Shown here in pieces: positions 52,506 through 64,000 of a stretch of 64,000 bases of DNA. A program made the position numbers and the translations under genes. This DNA is from Eledone cirrhosa (lineage: Eukaryota): NCBI GenBank assembly GCA_964016885.1, contig OZ024743.1:168082001-168146000 (forward strand), given 5' to 3'. Under the pieces are notes generated by a model, which saw only the letters and a list, made by a program, of their open reading frames with translations, was not told where the DNA came from and searched no databases. Positions within the stretch are counted from its first letter, which is position 1, and every line of letters begins with the position of its first letter.

Positions 52506-53166
52506 TGTTATACTTGTTATATATATATATATATTACATATTTATATATGTATATTTATATATATATATATATATATTACATATTTATATATGTATATTT
52601 ATATATATATATATTGTTATACTTGGGGAGGGTCATATTTGTGTAATATTGCCAGAATTAATAACAGAACACACCCACTGTTTGGTTGGCTTTCGCTTTT
52701 CGCTTCTGTGTCTTTTATATCGGTAATCTAATTTATTCGGTCCTCAATGTTGCCATTGACTGACCGACGGTCAAAAATAATACAGATACAATTTCGACAT
52801 ACGATTTCATATCGAAAACCTCGCAAAACTATATATATATTCATATATATATATAAAGAGAGAGATAAGCATAGGGATATTTAATTTTTGGTTTAACAAC
52901 AAATTAAATATCCCTTTATATCTCGTAGATATTTATAACAGGTTTGAAGCACTCGACAGTTTCATTCTTAAGGTCTCATTCCTGGATATGTCAATATTTA
53001 TAAAACAAACTTTGTACCCTTGAAATATATATAGTAGAATAAATATGGTTTTATAAATATAGTTTCCATTTATTAATATCATTGATATACATATATATAT
53101 ATATATATATTTCGTTTCTGAATTTGTTTAGCAAGATTCTTTATCTGAAATCGTGTGTTGAAACCG

Positions 53167-53229
53167 ATATTGTTATACTTTGGGAGGGTCATGTTGCCAA
53201 TTATTGGCAACATGACTCTCCCAAAGTAT

Positions 53230-53237
<8 letters not shown>
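53167..53237. repeat. Palindrome built from the extreme 3' terminus of the Penelope element at 38978-39012
   Basis: TATTGGCAACATGAC.CT.CCAAAGTATAACAA(TA)n is shared with the element terminus and is present here as a hairpin. Confidence 0.85.
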
Positions 53238-53293
<56 letters not shown>

Positions 53294-53411
53294 TTTCGCG
53301 TATGCTTGTGGTTGTACGTGTATGGATGCGTGTATGTATTTATTTAATTTCAATTGTCTGTGTATTTTATTTACTTTATTCTGAACTCTGAAGCCGAGAA
53401 TCATTCGGTTT

Positions 53412-53695
53412 CCTAGTTAGAATTTTAGTCTACGACTTCAGTTATACCATTTACGTGGTTTTGTCTTTGCGTGCAATTGTTCTCCACGCTCCACATATGA
53501 CGCATTATCTTCGTCTTTGCCGTTCATTGCCAGAGAATGTCTTTATGAACCACCTAATAGAATATTAGTCTACGACTTCTTTTATACCATAAACGTGGTT
53601 TTGTCTTTGCGTGTAATTGTTTTTCCCCGCTCCAAATAATTACGTATTATATTCGTTTTTGTCCCGTTCTTTGCCAGGGAACGTTTCCACGAACC
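53412..53695 (+). repeat. Diverged 140-bp tandem duplication
   Basis: TTAGTCTACGACTTC at 53425 and 53565. Confidence 0.8.
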
Positions 53696-53771
53696 AAAGT
53701 CTTCCTGTCTTCCTCAGGTTGCATCGTTTTTTGAAATATTCACACTTCTGCGTTCACAGATTGACTTTGTT

Positions 53772-53822
53772 AGTTTCAGAAGATCCCGTTAAGGGTGAAA
53801 GCAGCGATTCTCTGCTTAAACT
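53772..53822 (+). ncRNA. Type I hammerhead-like motif with a full stem III and U4A core
   Basis: AGTTT-CAGAAGA-T CCC GTTAA GGG T-GAAA-GCAG CGATTCT CTGC-TT-AAACT, 20 nt before (TA)n. Confidence 0.68.
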
Positions 53823-53837
53823 TTAATCTGTTATTTT

Positions 53838-53950
<113 letters not shown>

Positions 53951-53961
53951 CATATATATAC

Positions 53962-53996
<35 letters not shown>

Positions 53997-54149
53997 TATA
54001 TACATATATACATATATAGATACATGCATACACAAATATATAAACATGCTCAGTAAACATACTCCTCACCATCATAGTCACATTTCAATTTCATGCTCTC
54101 TCCTTGCATCCATACATATATACATACATACATATATACATAGTTATAT

Positions 54150-54880
54150 GATGGCTGCAACTGGATTTCCAATAATGCAATCGCTTTTTATTTCTGATAG
54201 CAACTTGCTTATGGCCAGCAATACCATACATCGCAAAAAATGTCACATATTAAGCGATGCCTGGTTCACATCATTGGATGCGAACGAAGTCGCAGGTTTT
54301 ATATCAGAGTGACCTTCTCCTAGAGAATGTTTCTTAATGAAGACTAGAGTCTGTTACTAAAAAAAAAAAGAAAAAAAAACTTTATTGGAGGGCTGTTGAC
54401 TCTCTTGAGTTCCCTTCGACCAATATTGTTTTTTGTCACGCAGGGTGTCCAAAATCACCCTCCTCACCAAGTAACTTGGTAGGGCTGTTGGTTTAGTCAC
54501 CGACGACCCGACCATCTACAGGTTGTACTGGGTTACTTGTTACAAGTAGCGCTGAAGAGCGACCTGACATAACATACATACATATATGATGATGATGATG
54601 GCTGCCCCCTCGTTATCGAGTATGGCCATTGCACGATATACAATTATTAATAATTATTAATTAATTCTATCGTGCAATGCCTGTGCGTGAAGATATTTTT
54701 TAAAGTGAGGAAAGACTGTGCTCTGAGCCAATCCCCTCTCTGACAGTAGCTATAACCCGAAAAGAAGAAAAGATCAACATCATCGGTAACTACTGAGCCA
54801 CAGGTTTTATATCGGAGTTATCCCAGTTTCTTGAGTTGCGTTCTCCTAGAAGAATGCCCTGACAAAGGCTAGGGGTCCTG
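54150..54880 (-). mobile_element. Two degraded RTE-related non-autonomous fragments
   Basis: Shared motif CAGGTTTTATATC.GAGT..TTCTCCTAGA (about 54293-54325 and 54800-54850) resembles the reverse complement of RTE 5' UTRs (from recall). (GAT)n tract at 54587. Confidence 0.4.
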
Positions 54881-54939
54881 CATACATAAATACATACATA
54901 TATGTATATATATATACATACACACACACACATATATAT

Positions 54940-54970
<31 letters not shown>

Positions 54971-55195
54971 TATATACATATGTGCGTGTGTGTGTGTTTA
55001 TAAACATACATACATACAAACATATATACGCATATATAAATATAGTTCACCATGTCTCTTTTTATTAGAACGTGAGGAAACGTTTATATTTCTGTATGCC
55101 TTATGAAAATACACACACACACAATATACACATACACACAAACATCTGTGTGTATGTGTATATCGTGTATGTGTATATATGCATATTTATATATA

Positions 55196-55251
<56 letters not shown>

Positions 55252-55252
<1 letters not shown>

Positions 55253-55574
55253 ACATATTAATAAATGGAAACTATAGTTATATAACCATAATTATTTTAT
55301 TATATATATTTCAAGGGCAACCAAGGCAAATTATGGTGCGCTTTCATCAGATAAAATACAGATTTGTTTTATAAATAAATATTTATCTGATGAAAGCGCA
55401 CCATAATTTGCCTTGGTTGCCCTTGAAATATATATAATAAAATAATTATGGTTTTATAAATATAGTTTCCATTTATTAATATATTGAATATTTACTCCAC
55501 TAAATTGTTGAGTGCTTTATATCAGTTACACAATTTTTAAGCTTGTTGAATCCCAACAAATTAAATATAACCTC

Positions 55575-55578
<4 letters not shown>
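55252..55578 (+). mobile_element. Fold-back mini-element with a canonical hammerhead
   Basis: TTTAT-CTGATGA-AAG..CTT-GAAA-TATATA-TA-ATAAA at 55382-55441. Inverted arm 55252-55354. Relatives at 62680-62777 and 53018-53085. Confidence 0.85.
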
Positions 55579-55604
<26 letters not shown>

Positions 55605-55611
<7 letters not shown>

Positions 55612-55962
55612 AAAAAGGGATGAAATCGAAAATGCAACTGAAGTCTTATTTTTAAAAAATATATATATATTTATTTGGTTCCTTTACCGGTTTCGCAGTT
55701 CTTCTGCTTTTCAAAAGGTGAGTTGAGATGGAGGGTCTGTGGTTTTTCTCACATCTGATGTGAGAAAAACCACAGACCCTCCATCTCAACTCACCTTTTG
55801 AAAAGCAGAAGAACTGCGAAACCGGTAAAGGAACCAAATAAATATATATATTTAAAAAAAAAATAAGACTTCAGTTGCATTTTCGATTTCATCCCTTTTT
55901 CTTTATACTTCCACTCGTGTAGGACACCTCGGTTATTTTTCATTTTGTAAAAAAACCCTCAC

Positions 55963-55969
<7 letters not shown>
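55605..55969 (+). mobile_element. Near-perfect 303-bp palindrome mini-element with a U3:A8 hammerhead
   Basis: Palindrome 55605-55907, centre 55756. CCTT-TTGAAAA-GCAG AAGAA CTGC-GAAA-CCGG-TA-AAGG at 55794-55831. Confidence 0.85.
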
Positions 55970-56035
<66 letters not shown>

Positions 56036-56129
56036 TATATACATGAACATATATATATATATATATATACATTTAAAATCACATGAAAAACCAACTGTAT
56101 GCAGCACTATCCCTCCAATACTAAGTGAG

Positions 56130-56390
56130 ACATCATGAGTTGTGTGCAAAAAAATCTGCAAATCAATTTCTGGTCTTAAAAGGCATATGAGGGTAAATAA
56201 GGGTGACATCCCACTAACTGACCTAATCAACCCATTAGAGGGCACATCTTTTGTCTGTCACTTTTACTGCAGACCATGCAGTTCTGCAGGTGGTCTTAGA
56301 AGCCAACTAAAAGGCCATGACCGGACCTTTGTATTGGTAAATGTTGCATAGGGAGATGGCAATCATCTGCATAGATGAAGTAACCACCAT
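56130..56390 (+). mobile_element. RTE-clade LINE 3' end remnant with degenerate C2H2-like fingers
   Basis: CKKICKSISGLKRHMRV and FVC..YCRPCSSAGGLRS....H resemble RTE C-terminal CxxCxRxCxSxxGLxSH motifs. Short 3' UTR follows. Confidence 0.55.
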
Positions 56391-56500
56391 ATATATATAT
56401 ATGTATATATATATATGTCTTATATATATATATATGTATATATATATATGTCTTCCATACAAATATATATTTACATATATATATTTATATATAAATATAC

Positions 56501-56566
<66 letters not shown>

Positions 56567-56606
56567 TTAATTTTATATTTGTAGGGAAGACATAGGAAAT
56601 CGTCAT

Positions 56607-56776
56607 TGGATTGGCAGTATCGGACTCCTTACTTTGACGCATAGAGTTACGGCCCCTGCCATTCTGAGTTCAAATCCCGCCGATGTTAACTTTGCCTTTC
56701 ATCCTTCCGGGGTCGATAAAATAAAGTACTAGTGATATACTAGGCAATTGCTGGCCTTGTGCCAAAAGTAGAAACA
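56607..56776 (+). mobile_element. tRNA-derived SINE (same family as 26752) with an (ATT)n tail
   Basis: TGGCAGTATCGG, GAGTTCAAATCCCGCC, ...AAAGTAGAAACA(ATT)n. Confidence 0.85.
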
Positions 56777-56800
56777 ATTATTATTATTATTATTATTGTT

Positions 56801-57037
56801 CTTTGAGTCTCAGTCATTGATGTTATATAACTGGAAAGTTTGTTGAAATGAATATCAAGGCACTACCTGTAGCCTCAGATATTCCGGACGTATCGGAGGG
56901 TTCTTGGTGTTCCCAGCAAGCATGTTATTTGAAATGTTCCAAAAAGCGGGGCTGGACTAATCTTCTTTAACCATCCTTGGAAACTCTTTGAGATAGTACC
57001 TAGTGCGCCTATAGCCTTGATTTCATGGCAGTTCCAA
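56801..57037 (-). mobile_element. R4/Dong family B, short 3' fragment
   Basis: Matches the 3' end of 57415-57670. (TTA)n flanks. Confidence 0.85.
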
Positions 57038-57056
57038 TTATTATTATTAATTATTT

Positions 57057-57321
57057 TCTCTGAGTATGTGTCTGTAAATTAAAGGTGGAAAACTGGGAGA
57101 GGGCACTTGCCCTGGTGGTCAGGGCCACTGTGGTCTTTTAATGGGCTTTCTCCACAAATGTCCCTCGGAAGTCTCCCCCCTATTGGGGAATTTTTCTTTG
57201 TTATTTTATTTCATCCTCTGTTTTGTTTTACACGCAGAAATGCCCATTTGTACCGTCCTGTATTGTCCTGTACTGTCCTTAATGTCTACTTTATGTAAAC
57301 CCTTGTGGTTAATAAAGAAAA

Positions 57322-57322
<1 letters not shown>
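57057..57322 (+). mobile_element. Tx1 3' UTR fragment
   Basis: Matches 22021-22286. Followed by a long (ATT)n. Confidence 0.88.
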
Positions 57323-57406
<84 letters not shown>

Positions 57407-57414
57407 GTTATTAC

Positions 57415-59556
57415 TCTTTGAGTCTCAGTCATTGATGTTAGTTAACTTGAAAGTTTGTTGAGATGAATATCAAGCCACTACCTGCAGCCTCAGATATTCA
57501 GGACGTATCGGAGGGTTCTTGCTGTTCCCAGCAAGCATGCCTTTTGAAGCGTTCCAAAAAGCGTGAAGGGGCTGGACTAATTTTCTTTAACCATCCCTGA
57601 AAACTTTTTGAGATAGTACCTAGTGCGCCTATGACAATCGGGATCACTTTGACTTCATGGCAGTTCCAAATCCTTTTTACCTCCCACTTTAAGTCCTGGT
57701 ATCGGTTAATTTTCTCCCTCTCCTTCTCTTGCACTCTCGTGTCGAATGGGCAGGCCACATCCACAATCAGGCACGATCTTTTTTCTTTGTCCAAAACCAC
57801 CAGGTCAGGTCTATTGTGTTCCAGTTTCTTGTCCGTCTGTATCCTAAAATCCCACAGCACCTTCACCTGATCGTTTTCTATCACCGCCTCTGGCTTATGC
57901 TCATACCACTTCTCAGAATGTGGTAAATTGTTTACTTTGCATAGGTGCCAGTGGATCACCCTGCCCATCACATCATGTCTCCAGCCCTTATAGTGAGTCT
58001 GGGCTAGGTGTTTACACTCGGATACAATGTGAGCCACAGTCTCCTCTCTCTCTCCACAGATCCTGCACAGTGGGCTGGCCTCCTCCTTGTAAATGTGGTG
58101 TTTCAACCATTTCGTTTTGAGGGCCTGCTCCTGCGCAGCCATTAACATTCCTTCTGTAGCCTTTTTAAGGTCTCCTCTTTTCAACCAGTTCCATGTCTGT
58201 GGATCTCTAAATTCAGTTTTCTCAAAGAAAGTACTATGAAGGGATTTTTCCTGAAGGCTGCTCTTTCTCCTTGATGTTATTTCCTCCATGGACATCCCCT
58301 GGCCTATTGTCCCCTCCTTCAGTACAGTTCTGAGCATTGGCTCCTTACTATCAGTCACGTATTTGTGTAGGTTGTTTTTCTCCATCTGAACACAGTCCTC
58401 TATGCTGATAAGACCTCTTCCACCCTCAGATCTCCTTAGGTAGAGTCTATCGACATCACTCCTCTTGTGGAACATATTGTAGATAGTCAATAGCTTCCTA
58501 GTCTTCCTATCTATTTCTTTTTGTTCAGCAACATTCCATCTCAGAATTCCCGCACTGTACCTAATAATTGACACAGCTCGGGAATTTACTGCACTTATGG
58601 CATTCCTACTGTTCAGATGTGACTTTAATACGCTCCTTACTCTCCGAATGTATTCAGTTCTTATCAATTCCTTCATTTTTTTGTTCTTGATGTCATCAGC
58701 CTCCAGAACGCCCAATTACTTCCTCAGAGTCAATTTCCTGTATCATCTCACCTGTTGGTATCTGGATTCCGTTACTTCTGCTCAACCTACCCCTCCTCAT
58801 CACAATGACTCCACACTTACTAATACCAAATTGCATACATATATCATTGCTGAAAATACGGACAGTGTCAACAAGCACATCCAACTCCTTCTCACTCTTC
58901 CCGAAGAGCTTAAGATCGTCCATGAAGAGGAGGTGATTGATGGTAAGCCCTCCCTTTCCCAACCCGTATCCTACTCTCACTTTTCGCAGTACACTGGTCA
59001 GGGGCATCAGAGCAAGGACAAACAACAGAGCAAGGACAGACTATCTCCCTGGAAGATACCTGTCTTGATCTTCACGCTTCCCAAGGATTCTCCAGTTTAT
59101 GTTAACTCTGTTTCCCAGGACTTCATACTTTTGCCCAACAACTGTCTGATGTTATCTGCCACCTTGAAGATCTCCAGGCTTTTGGTGATCCAAGAATGAG
59201 GCACCATATCGAATGCCTTTTTGTAGTCTATCCATCCCATGGCAAGACCAGTGTGTCTCCTCTTGCAATTCCTCATTACCATCTTATCAATAAGTAACTG
59301 GTCCTTTGTACCACGTGACTTCTTTCGGCATCCTTTCTGTTCGTCCGGTAACAAGTTGTTTGTGTGGAGGTGATGGTAGATTTCCTCAGACATAATGCTT
59401 GTCAACAGTTCCCACATTACAGACAGACATGTGATAGGTCTATAGTTGGTAACATCATTACCCTTGATTCGGTCTTTCATTATCAGTACCAGAGTGGTAC
59501 CAGAGTGGTACCTTTTGTCAACCACTCTGGTACCTCACCTGACATCAAGCAGTCAT
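57415..59556 (-). mobile_element. R4/Dong family B, 5'-truncated RT-RLE copy, frameshifted
   Basis: [29 protein letters not shown] and RLE motifs in ORFs 59097, 58696 and 57498. Confidence 0.92.
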
Positions 59557-59580
59557 GTTTATTATTATTATTATTATTAT

Positions 59581-59652
59581 TTACGGGGTCGATAAAATAA
59601 AGTACCAGTAATGCACTGGGTATTTGCTGGCCTTGTGCCTAAAGTAGAAACA
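59581..59652 (+). mobile_element. 5'-truncated SINE tail
   Basis: Matches 26862-26935. Confidence 0.8.
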
Positions 59653-59697
59653 ATTATTATTATTATTATTATTGTTATTATTATTGTTATTGTTATT

Positions 59698-60612
59698 CCT
59701 TGAATCTCAGTCATTGATGTTGGTTAACTGGAAAGTCCGTTGGATTGAATATCAAGCCACTACCTGCAGCCTCAGATATTCAGGACGTATCGGAGGGTTC
59801 TTGCTGTTCCAAGCAAGCATGCCTTTTGAAGCGTTCCAAAAAGCGTGAAGGGGCCGATTTTCTTTAACCATCCCTGGAAACTTTTGGAGATAGTCCCCAG
59901 TGCGCCTATGACAATCGGGATCACTTTGACTTCATGGCAGTTCCAAATCCTTTTTACCTCCCACTTTAGGTCCTGGTATCGGTTAATTTTCTCCCTCTCC
60001 TTCTCTTGCACTCTCGTGTCGAACGGGCAGGCCACATCCACAATCAGGCACGATCTTTTTTCTTTGTCCAAAACCACCAGGTCAGATCTATTGTGTTCCA
60101 GTTTTTTGTCCGTCTGTATCCTAAAATCCCACAGCACCTTCACCTGATTGTTCTCCATCACCGCCTCTGGCCTATGCTCATACCATTTCTCAGAATGTGG
60201 TAGATTGTTTACTTTGCACAGGTGCCAGTGGATCACCCTGCCCATCACATCGTGCCTCCAGCCCTTATAGTGGGTCTGGGCTAGGTGTTTACACTCGGAC
60301 ACAATGTGAGCCACAGTCTCCTCTCTCTCTCCACAGATCCTGCACAGTGGGCTGGCCTCCTCCTTGTAGATATGGTGCTTCAACCACTTCGTTTTGAGGG
60401 CCTGCTCCTGCGCAGCCATTAGCATTCCTTCTGTAGCCTTTTTGAGGTCTTTTCTTCTCAACCAGTTCCATGTCTGTGGATCTCTAAATTCAGTTTTCTC
60501 AAAGAAGGTACTATGAAGGGGTTTTCCCTTAAGGCTGCTCTTCCTCCTTGATGTTATTTCCTCCCTGGACATCCCCTGGCCTACTGTCCCCTCCTTCAGT
60601 ACAGCTCTGAGC

Positions 60613-60615
<3 letters not shown>
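59698..60615 (-). mobile_element. R4/Dong family B, 5'-truncated RLE copy
   Basis: ORF 59772..60614 is nearly identical to the C-terminus of 22403..23923. (TTA)n on both sides. Confidence 0.92.
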
Positions 60616-60670
<55 letters not shown>

Positions 60671-60799
60671 TTCTTCATTATTGCTTCTGAGATATATGCC
60701 GAGTGTCTTCCTGACACCCAGGGCAAATAAATTGACAGTGTGCATTGGTAAGCCAGTTAATACAGCACATTGATTATAATAAAAAAAATTATTATTATT

Positions 60800-61365
60800 A
60801 CTGGAATGTCTTCAGACGCTCACAGCCCTCGACCAGTCTGGCAATGTGATCGGTGGAAACTCCAGCCTGGTGTTCTATAGAGTATTAGTGGAGGGGAAGA
60901 GCGACGACCTACTTTGGGAAACTCTAGGCATCGACGAAAATCAACTAGCAAATCTCTTCGGAAGAACTTTCGGGTCGGGGCCTATGGACAATTTACAGGA
61001 ATCTCTGGCCTGGCAGTTCTACTGAGGAGCTTTGCCAGTTCGGGATAAACTCTGCAGGCATGGAATTGCCGTCAGCCGTGCATGTCCGAGATGCGCGCAG
61101 GGCGACGAAACCGTCCTGCATGCACTCGTCCAGTGTCCGAGCATTGCTGACTTGTGGGTTTATGTCGAACACCTGCTGTCGCGTGTAGAACGGATCCGGC
61201 TATCAGCTGAGTCTATGGTGAGGATTGCCCCGCCCTCTTTCTTTAGCCGGGAAGGGCAGGCAGTTTTTATCTGTCTGGTGGCCATAGCGAAAGAGATAGT
61301 ATGGTGGACGCGTTTGAAAGGGCTGAAGACGAGCACTTACCTCTTTAGTGATGCCCTGATTAACT
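60800..61365 (+). mobile_element. Tx1 ORF2 C-terminal fragment
   Basis: CPRCAQGDETVLHALVQCP. Homologous to 7345-7897. Confidence 0.85.
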
Positions 61366-61379
61366 AATATATGAAATCA

Positions 61380-61427
<48 letters not shown>

Positions 61428-61547
61428 CTTCCACTATTTCACTGTTTTCTCTGCGCGATAATGTATTAACTTCTCACTCTATTGAGTGATTTGTGTTTGC
61501 CGCAAACAACTCCAATAGTACCTGCTATATGGTAGCTACAACTTCGG

Positions 61548-61607
<60 letters not shown>

Positions 61608-62061
61608 TGTGTGTGTGTGTGCATGTATGTATGTAGGTAGGTATTACCAATTTGCAAATGGCAAAGCGTGCTGAGTACGTCTAAACCACCGGAGAGGTTA
61701 AACTTGGCTTGTCAGTGGACACATAGTTTCGAGGATGGAGTGGGTGATACGTGCGTATCACTAGGACTTAGCGTTGCCATCCTTATGTGCAGATATTTCT
61801 TTGCAACATGTGCAGACACGACCAGCACATAGTCACACATCTACACATGTGTACCTCAAGTCTCTTCCTAATGTCGTTGTATTGATAACCTGAACAACAA
61901 TATGCTTCGGCGGAGTCATGAGCGTCCGTGCAGGCCTTTCGGGTTACGTACTATTCACCCAGACCACATGGAGAGTGTCTAGAAAAGGTGCAGCTGGCGG
62001 TGTTTCATAATGGCAGGAAATTCATTGAAGAGATGACCGTCTTCTGTAAAGACGTGGCAAT

Positions 62062-62500
<439 letters not shown>

Positions 62501-62591
62501 AATAAATATATATACATATATATATGTATGTATGTATGTGTGTATGTATGTATGTATGTATATATGTATATATGTATATATATGTATATAC

Positions 62592-62652
<61 letters not shown>

Positions 62653-62773
62653 GAGGTTATATTTAATTTCTTGGGATTCAAAGCGTACCATAATTTGTCT
62701 TGGTTACCCTTGAAATATATATAATAAAATAATTATGGTTTTATAAATATAGTTTCCATTTATTAATATATTG

Positions 62774-62802
<29 letters not shown>

Positions 62803-62808
<6 letters not shown>

Positions 62809-63214
62809 TAAACGGAATAGAAAATGCTGACAAATTGTTCACAGTTGAAAAATCGTTTAATTAGGAATAAAAGAGTATTAGTGATTGTATGGGTTAGTAT
62901 TCAGTTGTGGTTTTAAGTTTTTAAGTTTTTACCGGTTGCGCATTTCTAAATGCTTTTCAAAAATAATTTTGAGATAGAGTGTCCGTGCTGTTTGCTCTGA
63001 TCTGCACGGACACTCTATCTCAAAATTATTTTTGAAAAGCATTTAGAAATGCGTAACCGGTAAAAACTTAAAACCACAACTGAATACTAACCCATACAAT
63101 CACTAATACTCTTTTATTCCTAATTAAACCATTTTTCAACTGTGAACAATTTGTCAGCATTTTCTATTCCGTTTACCAACATATAATAACTTGTGTATTA
63201 CACCTCTATTCTTT

Positions 63215-63218
<4 letters not shown>
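62803..63218 (+). mobile_element. Fold-back mini-element, same family as 45127-45528
   Basis: About 185-bp arms and an identical 3' tail before (TA)n. Confidence 0.82.
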
Positions 63219-63281
<63 letters not shown>

Positions 63282-63489
63282 CAAAATAGCCGATGATGCC
63301 ATGGGCTGCAGCCTTTATAGGCCATATATAAATGCGGTAACCGTATGAAACGTCTAAGTCACTGCCATTTTTCTACTTATATAATTTACACTCTACCTGC
63401 ATGTGTTTAGAGCTCATGGGACTAATGCTTGAATGTGTTAAGTACAATGGTATTTTAAACACCCATTTTAATATTTATATATAAAGATA

Positions 63490-63620
63490 CTAGCGAGACC
63501 CGTGGAAATTCCACGGTTTATAAATATCATTTTTCTATTATAAATGTATGGATTTATAGATTTTCATAGAAAAGTCTTAATATGACGCTCTGCTCAGCAG
63601 CGTAGCTAGACGGGGCTGAG
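63490..63620 (-). mobile_element. Helitron-like 3' terminus
   Basis: Minus strand: hairpin CCGTGGAA-T-TTCCACGG, 6 nt, CTAG, then T. The 5' end was not located. Confidence 0.6.
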
Positions 63621-63668
63621 GTAGGTGTGTGTGTGAAGATATGTGTTGTGTGTATGTGTGCGTGCGTG

Positions 63669-63703
<35 letters not shown>

Positions 63704-63936
63704 TTGTGCCTGCATGTGTTTATGTGAGTATTAACTACAGAACTTTATTGAGTGACAACACAAATTTTGTTTCGTTAGGCTTAATATATCAATCATTTTT
63801 ACTTTCGTTTCTCAGTTAGAAGCAGAATATTAAAAGTGTATGTATGTGAGAACGCACACACACACACACATACATACACATATAAGACATGGAAACACCA
63901 GATATCTATCAAGCTCTTTCGCTCCCTCTCTCTCTC

Positions 63937-63976
<40 letters not shown>

Positions 63977-64000
63977 TATATATATATATACATACATATA

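Noticed and set aside
56142-56351. Host C2H2 zinc-finger gene exon
   Set aside because: Fingers are degenerate, lack TGEKP linkers and are followed by a short LINE-like 3' end; better explained as an RTE remnant.
61928-62060. Mariner transposase remnant (YYSP resembling YSPD)
   Set aside because: Single weak motif; no TIRs or other catalytic motifs seen.
63289-63360. CCGATGA ... GAAACGTC hammerhead candidate
   Set aside because: Helix I does not pair convincingly.

Overview
Repeat-dense, gene-free eukaryotic (animal) DNA. The tRNA-derived SINEs and dense (TA)n/(TTA)n tracts resemble cephalopod (Octopus-like) genomes; this is inferred, not verified. No host gene is recognisable. Two retroelement niches alternate. 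(1) (TTA)n zones (about 1-26.5 kb and 56.6-61.4 kb) hold stacked non-LTR retrotransposons: eight R4/Dong-like RT-RLE copies, all on the minus strand, interleaved with Tx1/L1-clade APE-RT elements mostly on the plus strand. (2) (TA)n zones (about 26.5-56.5 kb and 61.5-64 kb) hold Penelope-like elements (a degenerate Naiad-type element and two copies of another RT-GIY-YIG element) plus many short non-coding fold-back elements. The main unexplained structure is RNA-level. A near-perfect 310-bp tandem array (about 9.75 direct units preceded by about 1.7 inverted units) carries a type I hammerhead ribozyme motif in every unit (12 motifs), like a retrozyme/rolling-circle product. At least eight other unrelated (TA)n-bounded mini-element families also carry hammerhead cores, including U3:A8 compensatory, U4C, U4A and ultra-minimal variants. 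An HDV-like ribozyme fold is predicted in the R4/Dong 5' UTR. All ribozyme calls are by-eye motif and pairing matches; none was computed or assayed.
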